A DNA stretch of 64,000 nt from Thermoplasmata archaeon (GCA_021802125.1 JAKAAX010000007.1:8983-72982); one strand, 5' to 3'. Numbered from the stretch's first letter, positions 26,885 through 37,271 are shown. Program-made: numbers and translations. Notes: generated from the sequence alone by a model not told the origin.

Positions 26885-27825
26885 GCCTTCACCTCGTAGA
26901 GAGGGTCCTTTCCCGAAGCGAAGCGGAGCACGTTGCGGAGCGCCTCGGTGAGGAGACGGTCCTGCGCCTCCAGCGTAACCCCGGCGCTGTGGGGCGTGAA
27001 GACCGTGGCGGGGAACTTGAACAGCTCGTCCGAGAAGTCCGGCGGTTCCTGGGGGTAGACGTCGAGCGCGGCGCGGATCCTTCCCTTCGCGAGCTCGGCC
27101 TTGAGGGCGGGCAGGTCGACCAGCTCCGACCGGGACGTGTTCACGAGGATCGCATCGTCCTTCATCGAGGCGATCTCCTTGGCGCCCAGGATCCCCTTCG
27201 TCTCGGAGGACAGCGGGAGATGGAGGGAGACGATGTCCGAGGCGGCGAAGAGCTCGGGGAGCTCGACGTAGGTGAGTCCGAGGGTGCGCTCCTCTTCCTC
27301 CTTCAGGCGGAACTTGTCGTAGTAGATGGTGGAGACCTCGAACGGGATGAGGCGTTTGGCGACCTCCCGCCCGATCCGTCCCGACCCGACGATGCCGAAG
27401 ACCTTGCCCGCGAGGTCGTGGCCCGCCGTGAGGGGTGGCCAGAAACCCTCCCGCATCCCCTTGTCGATGGTGGTCACGTCCCGTAGGAGCGCGAGGACGA
27501 CCATGATCACGTGCTCCGCGACGCTCTTCGCGTTCGCGCCCTGCACGTTGGAGACCCGGATCCCGCGCTTCTGGCATTCCTCCAGAGGCACGTTGTTGTA
27601 ACCGGTCCCGGCCACCTGCAGGAACCGGAGCTTTGGGAAGCTGTCGAGGTCCTTGACCTCGACCGGCGTGAACGGCGTGAGCGCGATGATCTCCACCTCC
27701 GAGGGGGACCCTGCGGAGGTGTCCAGAAGGTCGCTCACGACCTGCACCCCCGGAACGACCGCGAGAAGGCGGCTCTTGACCATGTCGACGTCGACGAACG
27801 AGGGTACGACCGCGCGGACCTTCAT
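26881..27825 (-). CDS. D-isomer-specific 2-hydroxyacid dehydrogenase
   Basis: GIVGSGRIG, HLPL, VNTSR, ALDVYPQEP, TPHSAG. Confidence 0.9.
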   Translation of the reverse strand: MKVRAVVPSFVDVDMVKSRLLAVVPGVQVVSDLLDTSAGSPSEVEIIALTPFTPVEVKDLDSFPKLRFLQVAGTGYNNVPLEECQKRGIRVSNVQGANAKSVAEHVIMVVLALLRDVTTIDKGMREGFWPPLTAGHDLAGKVFGIVGSGRIGREVAKRLIPFEVSTIYYDKFRLKEEEERTLGLTYVELPELFAASDIVSLHLPLSSETKGILGAKEIASMKDDAILVNTSRSELVDLPALKAELAKGRIRAALDVYPQEPPDFSDELFKFPATVFTPHSAGVTLEAQDRLLTEALRNVLRFASGKDPLYEVKA

Positions 27826-28249
27826 CGGTTCCGGCCGACAGGATCAGATTAGATGAACCTGTGCCCGGGAGGGAAGCCTCCGCGGACCCGAGACGCGTCC
27901 CGTCTCCCCCCTGACCCCTCACGGACGACGGGCGCTGCCCACCGATCCCACATCCCGCAGGGATGGCGATGGAGCCTTTCGGCACGAGAGCGTTGCCCCC
28001 TCCACCCAGGGCCGCTCCCTGACGACAGCGGAGACCGCCCATTCCGTGACCGCGAGCGAGACGCCGCCTGAGCGCCGCCATCCCCGCCCGGTCCTTCGAG
28101 GGCGCGGTGCGTGCCCTCTTCTATCTGATGCGCTCTCAGTAACCTTCTCGCCCCTGGGGTGCACCGACGATGCTCAGCCTTGCCGGTCGGCGCGTCCGGA
28201 CCTCCGGGCCAAGCATGATCGCGCACGGACCTTCGGAAGGAACTCGCAG

Positions 28250-29521
28250 ATGACGAACGGGTCCTCTCCAGAGAGCCTAGCGGGAGGGATGCCTCCGGGC
28301 CCCGAGTTCCGGGAGAGGACCCGGGGCCCCTTTCGCCGCATGGCCTACGTCCTGGCGGTGACCTCCTTCGGGGCGGGGCTTCCCACGCCCCTCTACGCGA
28401 CCTACCAGCAGCAGTTCGGCTTCTCCTCCACCGTCCTGGCCGAGGTCTTCGCCACCTACACGCTGGGCGTCCTTCTCACGATGTTCCTGCTGGCCCCCCA
28501 GATCGACCTCGTCGGGACGCGCCCGGTGCTGTACGTCGGCATGGTGCTGACGGCGCTCTCCGGTGTGGTCTTCATCTTCTCGACGAACGCCCCGATGCTG
28601 GCGGCGGCGCGCTTGGTCTCGGGCCTCGCGGTGGGGGCCACCACGAGCACCGCGACGGTGGCGATGACCCACCGCGAGCCGAGGGCGGACCAGCACCACG
28701 TGGCGCGCGTGGCGGTCGGCGCGAACTTCGGGGGGGTGGCCTGTGGGATCTTCCTGGGAGGCGTGTCGGTGGCCCTCCTCCCGGACCCGAGACACGAGGT
28801 CTTCCTGTTCCTCATCGCCGCCTCCCTGCTGGGGATCCTCGCCATCCGGATCTCCCCGCCCCATCCGCATCCGGAGAGGGGCCGTGGGGCACGGATCGAA
28901 CGGGTCTCCGTCCCGCGCGGGATACGGGGGCCCTTCTGGGTGGCGGTCGGGGGGCTCATGGCCTGCTACGCGATCTACGGGTTCTTCGCGTCCCTCGCCC
29001 CGACCGCGGTGGAGCACGCGATGCGCGTCTCCGGCTCGCTCGCGGCCGTCTTCGTGGCGGTGATGTTCGCCTCTGCGGCACTCGTCCAGATGTTCTTGGG
29101 GAAGCTTCGCGACCGGAACGCGCTGCTCCTCGGGCTGCCCTTGCTTGCGGCCTCCCTCGTCCTCTTCGTCCTCGCGCTCCCGTTCGCCTCGATCCCGCTC
29201 ATGCTCCTGGCGGGCACGCTCATGGGGATCGGGGTGGGCTGCGTCTACATGGGCAGCGTGACCCTGGTCGACCGGGTCACCCCGGAGAGCATGGGAGGAG
29301 AGGTCCTTTCCGGCTTCTACGTGGCCGGGTACCTGGCCCTCGCCGTGCCCACGCTCGGACTGGGCCTCGTCGCGGACAGTCTCGGGGTGGTCGCCTCCGG
29401 CTCGATCTTTGGGCTCGCCCTCGGGGCGTTCGTCATTCTGACCTACTTCGCGACACGCCGTACCCCCCTTCCGCCGGGGGGGGAGGGACGGCCGCTACCG
29501 ACCAGCTGGGGAGCGACCTAG
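28250..29521 (+). CDS. MFS transporter
   Basis: PTPLYATYQ motif and about 12 hydrophobic segments; start uncertain. Confidence 0.83.
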   Translation: MTNGSSPESLAGGMPPGPEFRERTRGPFRRMAYVLAVTSFGAGLPTPLYATYQQQFGFSSTVLAEVFATYTLGVLLTMFLLAPQIDLVGTRPVLYVGMVLTALSGVVFIFSTNAPMLAAARLVSGLAVGATTSTATVAMTHREPRADQHHVARVAVGANFGGVACGIFLGGVSVALLPDPRHEVFLFLIAASLLGILAIRISPPHPHPERGRGARIERVSVPRGIRGPFWVAVGGLMACYAIYGFFASLAPTAVEHAMRVSGSLAAVFVAVMFASAALVQMFLGKLRDRNALLLGLPLLAASLVLFVLALPFASIPLMLLAGTLMGIGVGCVYMGSVTLVDRVTPESMGGEVLSGFYVAGYLALAVPTLGLGLVADSLGVVASGSIFGLALGAFVILTYFATRRTPLPPGGEGRPLPTSWGAT

Positions 29522-29569
29522 CGCGCCCACCCGCCGACCATCTTGCACCTGGCGGCCGCGTCCGCGCTC

Positions 29570-29992
29570 TCACCGCAGGAACGGGCCCAAGACCAGCAGT
29601 CCGAAGAGGAGCAGCGCCAGCACCGTGCCGCTGACCAGCGCCATCTCCCGCTCCTCGTTGTGAAGGAAGTACCAGCATCCCGTGAGGACCCGCCCCAGAG
29701 GAGTGACCACGAGGACCAGAACCCCGAGGGTCAGGTAGGCCTGCGGGTGGCCCGAGACGATGCCCCGGCCCAGGGCGGCCGGGGACAGGTATCCGGAGAT
29801 CGGGTTCGTTCCGAGCAGCACGCTGAGCTGAGCGGTCGGATGCTGGGCGAAGAACATCACCAGGGCTCCGAGGAGGAAGGCGGAAGCGATGAGGAGACCG
29901 GCCCGGAGCACCCAGGACATCAGGACGTACGCCTCGGCAGGAAGCTCACGGTAATGCGAGAGGGGCACGGCAGGGGGCGTTTCCGAGCTCAT
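29570..29992 (-). CDS. DUF1634-like membrane protein
   Basis: VLRAG..., LGVLVLVVTPLGRV; coupled to the upstream TSUP gene. Confidence 0.75.
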   Translation of the reverse strand: MSSETPPAVPLSHYRELPAEAYVLMSWVLRAGLLIASAFLLGALVMFFAQHPTAQLSVLLGTNPISGYLSPAALGRGIVSGHPQAYLTLGVLVLVVTPLGRVLTGCWYFLHNEEREMALVSGTVLALLLFGLLVLGPFLR

Positions 29993-30858
29993 GCCAGTCC
30001 CAACCCCCGAAGGATGATCTCCACCGCCAGGACGATGAGGATCGTGAGGAAGACCCCCTGGACCACACGGCTGCTGAGCCCAGGGAAGAGCCAGCTACCG
30101 ACGAACGAGCCCGCGGCGGTCCCGAGTGCGACGGGGGCCGCAATGACCGGATCGATGTAGCCGGCCGATAGCAGAACCCCGGAGGTCGCTGCGACCGTGA
30201 CGCCGATCATGAAGTTGCTGGTCGCGGTGGCCACTTTGATGGGCAGCCCCAGGTAGCGCTCCAGCGCCTGGACCTTCAGCACCCCGCTGCCGATCCCGAA
30301 CAGCCCGGAGACCAGCCCTGCCGCGAACATCACGCCGAGGGCCGGGGTGGTCCTGCCCGCGTTGTAGGGCACCTCCCGATGAAGGTGGAGGTCGAAGTAG
30401 CTGCCCGAGAGACCGAGCCGCTTCGACCGGTCGTCGGGCACCGCGGGTCCGGTCGTGCCCTCCCGCACCTTTCGAAGATTACCCGGGACCGAAGCCAGGA
30501 GCACGAGGCCCAGGCCCACCAGCAGGAGCGAGACCAGGTTCGAGCGAGCGAGGAAGATCGTCGCCGTGGCGCCGATCAGCGCCCCGGGGACCGTCGCGAT
30601 CTCCAGGAACATGCCGATGCGAAGGTCCGTCAGGCGGTCCTTCACGTAGGCGGACCCAGTGGCCGCCGAGGTCGCAAGGACGCTGATGGCGCTCGCGCCC
30701 ACCGCATCGACGAAGGGGACCTGGAAGAACACGACCAGGACCGGGACGATCACGACCCCGCCACCTAGGCCGGCGAGCGAGCCCAGGAATCCCGCGGCTA
30801 TGGCCACGAGAACGAGCATCAGGATGGTCAGTACGAGCGACAACGAGAGCGGAGTCAC
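29989..30858 (-). CDS. TSUP/TauE-SafE family transporter
   Basis: GSLAGLGGGVVIVP, GLFGIGSG, KVATATSNFMIGVT. Confidence 0.88.
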   Translation of the reverse strand: MTPLSLSLVLTILMLVLVAIAAGFLGSLAGLGGGVVIVPVLVVFFQVPFVDAVGASAISVLATSAATGSAYVKDRLTDLRIGMFLEIATVPGALIGATATIFLARSNLVSLLLVGLGLVLLASVPGNLRKVREGTTGPAVPDDRSKRLGLSGSYFDLHLHREVPYNAGRTTPALGVMFAAGLVSGLFGIGSGVLKVQALERYLGLPIKVATATSNFMIGVTVAATSGVLLSAGYIDPVIAAPVALGTAAGSFVGSWLFPGLSSRVVQGVFLTILIVLAVEIILRGLGLA

Positions 30859-31064
30859 CGAGGCGGATAAGGCAAACCGAGCGCGCGGGCAGAGCGTGCG
30901 AGCGAGGTGGGGAGGAACCGCAGTCGAGCGCGCCGCTCCCGACTCGCGGAGGGCGGGAGCCCGAGCGAAGGGCAGCGAAGGGGGGAGGTGGCGGCTGCGG
31001 CGGGACCCCAGGCGCCTCGCGCGGACGAGCCAGATTCATCAAGGAAGTTCACCGTGGGTTTTGC

Positions 31065-32393
31065 GTGCCCTTCTGGAGGAGGAACCAGGACCCACGCCCA
31101 CGACGGGCGTCAACGCAGGGGCAGAATGCCCCGGTTCGCGGGCAACTTGCGACGGGACCGACGAGCCTTGTGGGGCTTGGGGCAGCCTTGCTCGGACGAG
31201 ACCTGGGTCGAGCCTTGGGGGTCACCACCGCCGACTACCTGGAGGTGAGGGGTCGCCGAAGTACCGTTGTGTCCGTCTTGCACCAGCCGGGGGCACCTCC
31301 CCCAAGCGAGGGCTCCCTCGAAGTCGAGCCGGTGGTCATGAGGAACGCCGGGGCAACGGTCGGGGAGGTGGTCGAGCTTCGGAGGGTCGAGCCCCCCTTG
31401 GCCGAGCAGCTCACGATTGCGCCCGTGTATGACGGCCATCCGAAGATGGACCTTGGTGCCGGGCTCGAAGCCTTCGTAGCGAAGGCCCTGGCCCGCAGAT
31501 CGTTCGTCCAGGGAGACGCCTTCGTCGTACGCGGGGTCTTCCTCATGGGGGGCTCCCTGCTCTTCCTCTGTACGGACTCCACTCCGGCGGGTGCGGTGAG
31601 GGTGGGGCCGAGCACTCTGGTCACGATCTCGCAGGAAACCTTCCCTGAGTCTCTCCTCGAAGTGGAAGGCGTTCCGACCCACCAAGGGCAGCCCGATCTC
31701 CCCGAACTGAACGGGGGTCCCAAGCTGGCGAAAGAACTGACGGGCGCGCTCCGAGCCTATCATCTCCGGGCCCAGAACTGCGGTCCCCCGGTACGGGATC
31801 CCGCCCTTTCCTGGTGGGAGGATAGCCAGAGGGTGATCCGCGACGTCCTGCGCTACCTTGACGCGGAGGCGAAGTGGCGGGAGGCGAACGAGCAGTGGGA
31901 GCAGGAGCACCCGAAGCCGCCTTACACCCCGGGGTCCGAGGACGCATGGCTCGCCCGGATGGCGGCTCGTGAAGAGTGGGAGCGCACGCATCCCGACCCT
32001 AGAGAATCGCCTGACCACATGCGACCCCGAGGCCTCGCCCTCAGAGAGATGCAGGCGTGGGCCCTTTCCAACCCTCCGCCCACACTCCGCGGGACAAAAT
32101 TCGACCAGGAAATAGCCGCAAGGTTGAGCCATGCCCTGTTGGCCTCCGCCCGTTTCACGCTAGAGGACCATGTCTGGCACGAGAACTACGCGACGTGGAA
32201 GAACGAACACCCCAACCCCCCTCTTCCACCGAAGGCGCCAGCTTCGGCCACTCGAGAATGGGAGGTGGCCCGGCACGCTTGGGAGAGCGCCCACCCCCAC
32301 CCAGGGGAGACACCGGAGGAACGGAGCGAACGGAAGCGGCTCTTTGCCGATTGTGAGGCGCTCTGGGCGCGCCTCTCTGATCTGTACCCCTAG
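31065..32393 (+). CDS. Cdc48/VAT N-domain protein lacking AAA domains, with novel WxxxHPxP repeat C-terminus
   Basis: LGVTTADYLEVRGRRST, VMRNAGATVGEVVEL, LTIAP, TPAGAVRVGPST resemble CDC48_N/CDC48_2; no Walker motifs. Confidence 0.75.
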   Translation: MPFWRRNQDPRPRRASTQGQNAPVRGQLATGPTSLVGLGAALLGRDLGRALGVTTADYLEVRGRRSTVVSVLHQPGAPPPSEGSLEVEPVVMRNAGATVGEVVELRRVEPPLAEQLTIAPVYDGHPKMDLGAGLEAFVAKALARRSFVQGDAFVVRGVFLMGGSLLFLCTDSTPAGAVRVGPSTLVTISQETFPESLLEVEGVPTHQGQPDLPELNGGPKLAKELTGALRAYHLRAQNCGPPVRDPALSWWEDSQRVIRDVLRYLDAEAKWREANEQWEQEHPKPPYTPGSEDAWLARMAAREEWERTHPDPRESPDHMRPRGLALREMQAWALSNPPPTLRGTKFDQEIAARLSHALLASARFTLEDHVWHENYATWKNEHPNPPLPPKAPASATREWEVARHAWESAHPHPGETPEERSERKRLFADCEALWARLSDLYP

Positions 32394-32691
32394 TTCGCGC
32401 TCGGGACTCGGCTTCCCTCAATGCCCTCAGTTAGGCGAGACCGACGACCGCCCGCTCACGGATTCGCGGGCGGGAGGACCCGTCCGAGAACGGGAGGCAG
32501 ATGGGCCGTTCGAGGTAGGACCGTCCGAGCCGGGGGCCCTCCCCGGCGAGGCAGGTCCGGTTCATCGGGGTGTGGGAGGCCAGCGAAGGAGCCTCGATGG
32601 ATCCCGACCGACCGAAGGAAAGAGGGAGGCGGGGTCGAGCGGCCAACGGTTGACGGGAGCGAATCTATCTACGATCCCCGACCCCCCCTGC

Positions 32692-32922
32692 GTGAATCTT
32701 CCTCCGCTGCCGGGGGCCTTCCCGCCACCCAAGCCGCCCAGCCCCCACCTCCGAGTCTGGAAGGCCGTGCTCGGGATGGGGATTCTCGTGGCAGTCATTG
32801 GTTCGCTCTGGTACTTTTCAGGTGTGGACCAGAACGTCGCCATCGTGGTCACTCTGACCGGGGCGGCACTCTCCTTCCTGCTCGTCCTTCTTGTCCCAGG
32901 TCTCGCTAACGCGAAACTCTAG
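32692..32922 (+). CDS. Small two-TM membrane protein
   Basis: GTG start, Pro-rich N-terminus and two hydrophobic helices. Confidence 0.55.
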   Translation: MNLPPLPGAFPPPKPPSPHLRVWKAVLGMGILVAVIGSLWYFSGVDQNVAIVVTLTGAALSFLLVLLVPGLANAKL

Positions 32923-32982
32923 GAGTTCCCGTAAAGAAGCGGAGGACGGGGCTTTCGCCCCGCCCCCCGCCGTGCCCATGTC

Positions 32983-33080
32983 TCAGGGACCGAGCACCGC
33001 CATCGAGGCGTTCCGCCCCAGAGAGAGCTGGAGTCTGCCCTTGTACTCCTTGACCCACGCGCCGCAGAGGCGGACGCGCG
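32983..33080 (-). pseudogene. C-terminal remnant of an RPA/SSB-type OB-fold gene
   Basis: VRLCGAWVKEYKGRLQLSLGRNASM resembles the last OB-fold strands of archaeal SSB/RPA; no matching N-terminal part upstream. Confidence 0.45.
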
Positions 33081-33471
33081 CCCGATGCGCTTGCGGCCTT
33101 GGAATGATGTCCGCACCAAGGGCATGGCGCGCCAGGTTGGTCGACGAAGCTCCCGCAGCGTGGACACTTCGCGTGGGTCTTGCCGCTTGCCCAAATGATA
33201 GGACCGAGACCCGCGAACCGCAGGGATAGCCCAGGAAGGCGACGGCTTGGAGACCAACTGGCGCAGAAGGCGCGTTCGGGCGGGCGTGGCAGTTGAACAC
33301 CGGGCCGATGGCCTATGCCCCAGGAAGCATTGCGACGCTCGAGAACATGGTCCCGAAACCCACCTTCGACCACAACGCACCCTGTTGGACCACCGGTCGC
33401 CGAGTAGGGCGGACATTTTCGCGCAGCATACGAAGAAATACCACGCGGATCGTCCCACGCGAGGAAGGAGC

Positions 33472-33777
33472 ATGGCCTCGCCAGAGGGACGGATCGAGCC
33501 TGTAGTGACGAAATGCCCCCGGTGCTCGGGGCCACTACAGTACGGATTCCTCGCTTCCCAGGGTCGATTGAACTGGGTGGAACATCTTGGAGGGATGATG
33601 GACGTGTCTCCGTTCAGAGGGACCACGCTCATCCCATTGCCTGTGCACGCGCCGCATTTTCGAGGGTGGATGTGCGCCCCCTGCGGCCTCCTGATCGTCG
33701 ATTACGGGAGCGGAATCCTCTACGCGAACAAGGAGACCATCGCGCGGTACGATCCGGACAATAGTTCCAGCCAGTAA
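33472..33777 (+). CDS. Small zinc-ribbon-like protein (CPRC...CAPC)
   Basis: AAGGAG ribosome site, then KCPRCSGPLQYGFL...W...MCAPCGLLIVDY. Confidence 0.7.
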   Translation: MASPEGRIEPVVTKCPRCSGPLQYGFLASQGRLNWVEHLGGMMDVSPFRGTTLIPLPVHAPHFRGWMCAPCGLLIVDYGSGILYANKETIARYDPDNSSSQ

Positions 33778-34406
33778 CCGCGCGCGAGAACGGACCCCAA
33801 TCGGTCCGAGAAACCCGCCTCACCAGAAACAAGCCGATAGCTGCGGCACGGGTTTCTCGGGAGGACTCTTCGCGAGCTTGCGAGGGATGAGTCCGAGCCG
33901 AAGGATGCACCTCACGGTGAAACCGACCAAGAGACCGGGGCATGCATCCCTCGGGACGACTCGGCCTCCACGCCCCTGGCCCCCGCCTCACTCCCAGGCC
34001 GAATCGGAACCCCGGCAGAACGGCCTGCCTCGCGGGCCCGGACCTCGGAGAGGGGATCGCAGAATGACCGGAGGATCTCGGACACGGGCTTGACGTGGAT
34101 GACGCTGAAGTCCCGATTGGGACGCGATCAGGGGCCCTGGTCGAGACCCGCGAGCACATCTTGTTGCAGCTCTCGCAATAGGAGGCGTTCCGCACCCGTC
34201 GGGGCCTATGGTAGGGTGGCGGCAGGAGGGGCACGGGGGCTCAGGGCCCCCGGGACCTCACGGTCCTGTATCGCCGAGTCGACCATCCGGTTCTGAATCT
34301 TAGCAGCGGAGGTCCTCGCCATCCTCCGCCGAGGTGCAGGGTACGACAAAGAGCGGCCACGTGGGCCCCAGAGCGGCCCATGGTCCGCGCGAGCCCCTTG
34401 GGGGGG

Positions 34407-34529
34407 TCACCGAGACGGACGATGCTGCATCGGGTTCCGGCGCCGCCGAGCGGCGATCCGCCTCTGGCGTGCGAGGTGGGCCCGCTTCTTGTTGGCGGCA
34501 GACCGTCGCCGGATGACTCCCGATGCCAT
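34407..34529 (-). CDS. 40-aa highly basic peptide
   Basis: MASGVIRRRSAANKKRAHLARQRRIAARRRRNPMQHRPSR; GGTGGAG SD just upstream and TTATA at about 34574-34578. Confidence 0.65.
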   Translation of the reverse strand: MASGVIRRRSAANKKRAHLARQRRIAARRRRNPMQHRPSR

Positions 34530-35180
34530 GTTGCTCCACCGACCTTGCGAGGGCCGCGCCAGGCGTCCTAGGGTATAACGCTCTCGAATGGGGGACCCCT
34601 CGAAGATGAGGCAAGCTCGACCCCTCCCGCAACCAGGGGAACCCACCGGTGTCCGACGAGACGGTGCCCCGGGAGGACCGATGCGCCAGCCTCTTCCCCC
34701 TCCGGGGAGGAGGCCGGCGCAACGCCGGGGAAGGGGGGGCCACGCCCGCGCCTCCCCCGAACCTCCACCGAGCCAGGTAGGATCGCGCGCTCGCGCGCTC
34801 TCACCTCCCCGCGAGGTAGTCGCGCGGGGAGCGCAGGACCTCAGCCGCATCCTCAACGTGAAGGGGGGGCGGAAACCGTTGTGGTCACCCCTGCACCCCC
34901 CGCACCGCGTCACAACGGGGGACGTGTCCCCCGCGTGGGGGGAGATGTCCGAGGACGCGTGACGGCTCGTCGCTTGGCCGACGTGGATTGGCACGCTCCG
35001 GCCCTTCTGCCTTCCACGAGCCCGCAGCAGGGCATGGTCGAAGGTCGCACGGGGCCGGCCCTGGCCGAGGGGACCGCGGACGGGACGAGGCCCTTCTCCC
35101 GGAGGGCGCTGCCGGCCGCCCACCGCACCGAGCCGCGATCCGGACCGGGGGTCGCTAGGTCCTGGGGCTCAGCCCCGGGC

Positions 35181-37271
35181 TCACGCGGCGGGCGGTGGAG
35201 GTGGGGGAGGGGGAGGGGCAGAGGTCGGCGGAGGGGCCGACGCGGGGGTGGGTGCCGCCGGGGTCGAGCTCGGCGGTCGGCGGCCCTTGATCATACGGTA
35301 TCCCATGTAGCCCCCAACCCCGGCCACCGCCACGACCACGATCCCCGCCAACAGGTACGGCGGGGAGCTGCCTCCCGACCCGGAGCTCGAAGGCGGGGAG
35401 GGCTTCACGATGGTCACCGTGAAGGTGGTGTGCGAGATCCAACCGTACTGGCTCGCGTTCGCGTAGACCGTTACCGTTCCGGCCATCGCCAGGGCGGTCA
35501 GGTTCACCAAGGGCCCGCTGGTGACGTTGAGCGTGGCCAGGGAGGAGGGCCGGATCGCCCACTGGTAGACGACCCCGTTGCTGGGATAGAGGGCGGCCCC
35601 GGACATGTCCTGAGCGTGGGCGGTCAGGAGGGCGCTCTGATTGAAGTCGATCGTGGCCGACGGGGCCGCGGACACGCTCACGCTGTTGAGCGTGGAGTTC
35701 GTGCAAACCGCCTGGGCGGTGTAGAAGGTGGTCCACCCTGAGGCGCCGCCCCCGGGCTGGTTCTCGAACATCGCGTCCACGTACTGGCCCTGAGCGGAGA
35801 CCACGAGGAAGTTAGGGAGCTCGTTCGAGGCGTTCACCGGACCGATGGGCTGATAGTTCCAGGCATGGGTGGTGACGTTGTAGGTGGAGACGGCCGGCTG
35901 GGCCGTGCTCGCGGAGGGGTCGAAGAGCGCTTCGTCGCCGAAGGTGACGCCGCAGGGGCCGTAGGTAGCGCCGGTGGTGTCGTAAACCGCGCTTCCCGGG
36001 TTGATCTCGTTGAGCGTGGTGTTCTGCCAGCTCGAGGCCTTTCCCCAGACCGTCGTGAGGGCGCTAAAGCCGTTCGCCCCGCCGGTGATCCCGAGCGAGG
36101 AGGCGTTCTGAACGCCCAGGAAAGTGGTGCCGTCCCCGAGCATGAGCGCCGGGAGCCCGCCCCCGACGTTCGGGGTCGCCACGACGGATTCGAAGGTGGC
36201 TTCCAGGTCGGGGACGCCGCCCCCCACCGAGGAGGACCAGGTGGTGTTGCCGTTAGAGAGCACCGTCCCCGTGTACTGGGCGATGTCCACCTGGGGGAAC
36301 CCCCCAGGGGTCGTGTCGGCCCGGACGAACGCGAGGTCTACGCCCGAGGCTCCCGTGAGGATCTGAGGAAGATGGGCGTTCACCGCCGGCGCATTGGCGG
36401 GCTCGCCGCAGCAGATGTCGTTCGCGTCGGGGATCGAGACCTGCCAGGGGGCGGACGCCGTGCCCCCCGGGGTGGTCGGGAGGGCGGAGAGGGGGATGCC
36501 GACGACCCAGAGCACCGAGGCGGCCGCATTCAGGCTCCACAGGGGAGGGCCCCCCGAGAACGTGATGAGGAGGGTGGCGTTGTTCGCCACGGCGGCCGAG
36601 AGGCTAGCCGGGGAGACGCAACAGCCTCCCGGGTTGTGGAACCCCGGCGGCTCGGCGACCACGTTCACCCAGGGTCCGTTCAGGTTCCCGGTGGGGTCGT
36701 AGATGACCGAGACCCCGTTGGAAAGGTCGTTCCACAGGCTGTCGTCGCCCGTGGAGAGGTAAGCGATGAACGAGACGAGCTTGCCGTTCCAGGATCCCGT
36801 TGTCACCCAGCACCCCGGGCCTCCGTTGCTCGTGCCCGCGGTCAGGGGCGTTCCGATCTGCGTCGCGGTCCAGGGACCGCTCTGGTTCGTCAGGAGGTAG
36901 AGGTTCCCGCCGGCCCCGTTCGAGTAGTTCATGTAGCAGGTGTAGGCCGCGGTCCCCTGGGTCATCAGGTTCCCCACGGAGTCCCGGTATCCGTTGCTGA
37001 GCCCCAGCACGGCCTGAGGCGGAGAGATCCACCGTAGGTGGTACGGCGCAGGCGCAGCCGAGGGTGACAGAGGCATCCCCGAAACCTGGCTGGGGGCGAG
37101 CGTGGTCGGATGGCTGGGGGTGGAGACGGAGAGGCCGCCCGGAAGTGTGCGCGATCCGGCCACCACTAGCGTGAAGAGGACGAGGGCTAGGCCCAGTTGC
37201 AGAGCGAGAGACGTCCGAGGAGATGCGACGGGCGGAGGGAAAACTCGGGAGGCGGCGTTCCTCGGATCCAT
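35181..37271 (-). CDS. Membrane-anchored surface protein (beta-rich ectodomain, Ig-like domain, C-terminal TM, poly-Pro tail)
   Basis: Signal peptide, S/T/G/N-rich ectodomain, YLLAGIVVVAVAGVGGYMGY TM followed by basic residues. Confidence 0.85.
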   Translation of the reverse strand: MDPRNAASRVFPPPVASPRTSLALQLGLALVLFTLVVAGSRTLPGGLSVSTPSHPTTLAPSQVSGMPLSPSAAPAPYHLRWISPPQAVLGLSNGYRDSVGNLMTQGTAAYTCYMNYSNGAGGNLYLLTNQSGPWTATQIGTPLTAGTSNGGPGCWVTTGSWNGKLVSFIAYLSTGDDSLWNDLSNGVSVIYDPTGNLNGPWVNVVAEPPGFHNPGGCCVSPASLSAAVANNATLLITFSGGPPLWSLNAAASVLWVVGIPLSALPTTPGGTASAPWQVSIPDANDICCGEPANAPAVNAHLPQILTGASGVDLAFVRADTTPGGFPQVDIAQYTGTVLSNGNTTWSSSVGGGVPDLEATFESVVATPNVGGGLPALMLGDGTTFLGVQNASSLGITGGANGFSALTTVWGKASSWQNTTLNEINPGSAVYDTTGATYGPCGVTFGDEALFDPSASTAQPAVSTYNVTTHAWNYQPIGPVNASNELPNFLVVSAQGQYVDAMFENQPGGGASGWTTFYTAQAVCTNSTLNSVSVSAAPSATIDFNQSALLTAHAQDMSGAALYPSNGVVYQWAIRPSSLATLNVTSGPLVNLTALAMAGTVTVYANASQYGWISHTTFTVTIVKPSPPSSSGSGGSSPPYLLAGIVVVAVAGVGGYMGYRMIKGRRPPSSTPAAPTPASAPPPTSAPPPPPPPPPAA

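Noticed and set aside
26885..28081. 923-aa version of the ThDP enzyme; likewise the extended ORFs 39448-41040, 40155-42005 and 41099-43168
   Set aside because: The extensions are off-frame overlaps of upstream genes; true starts overlap the upstream stops.
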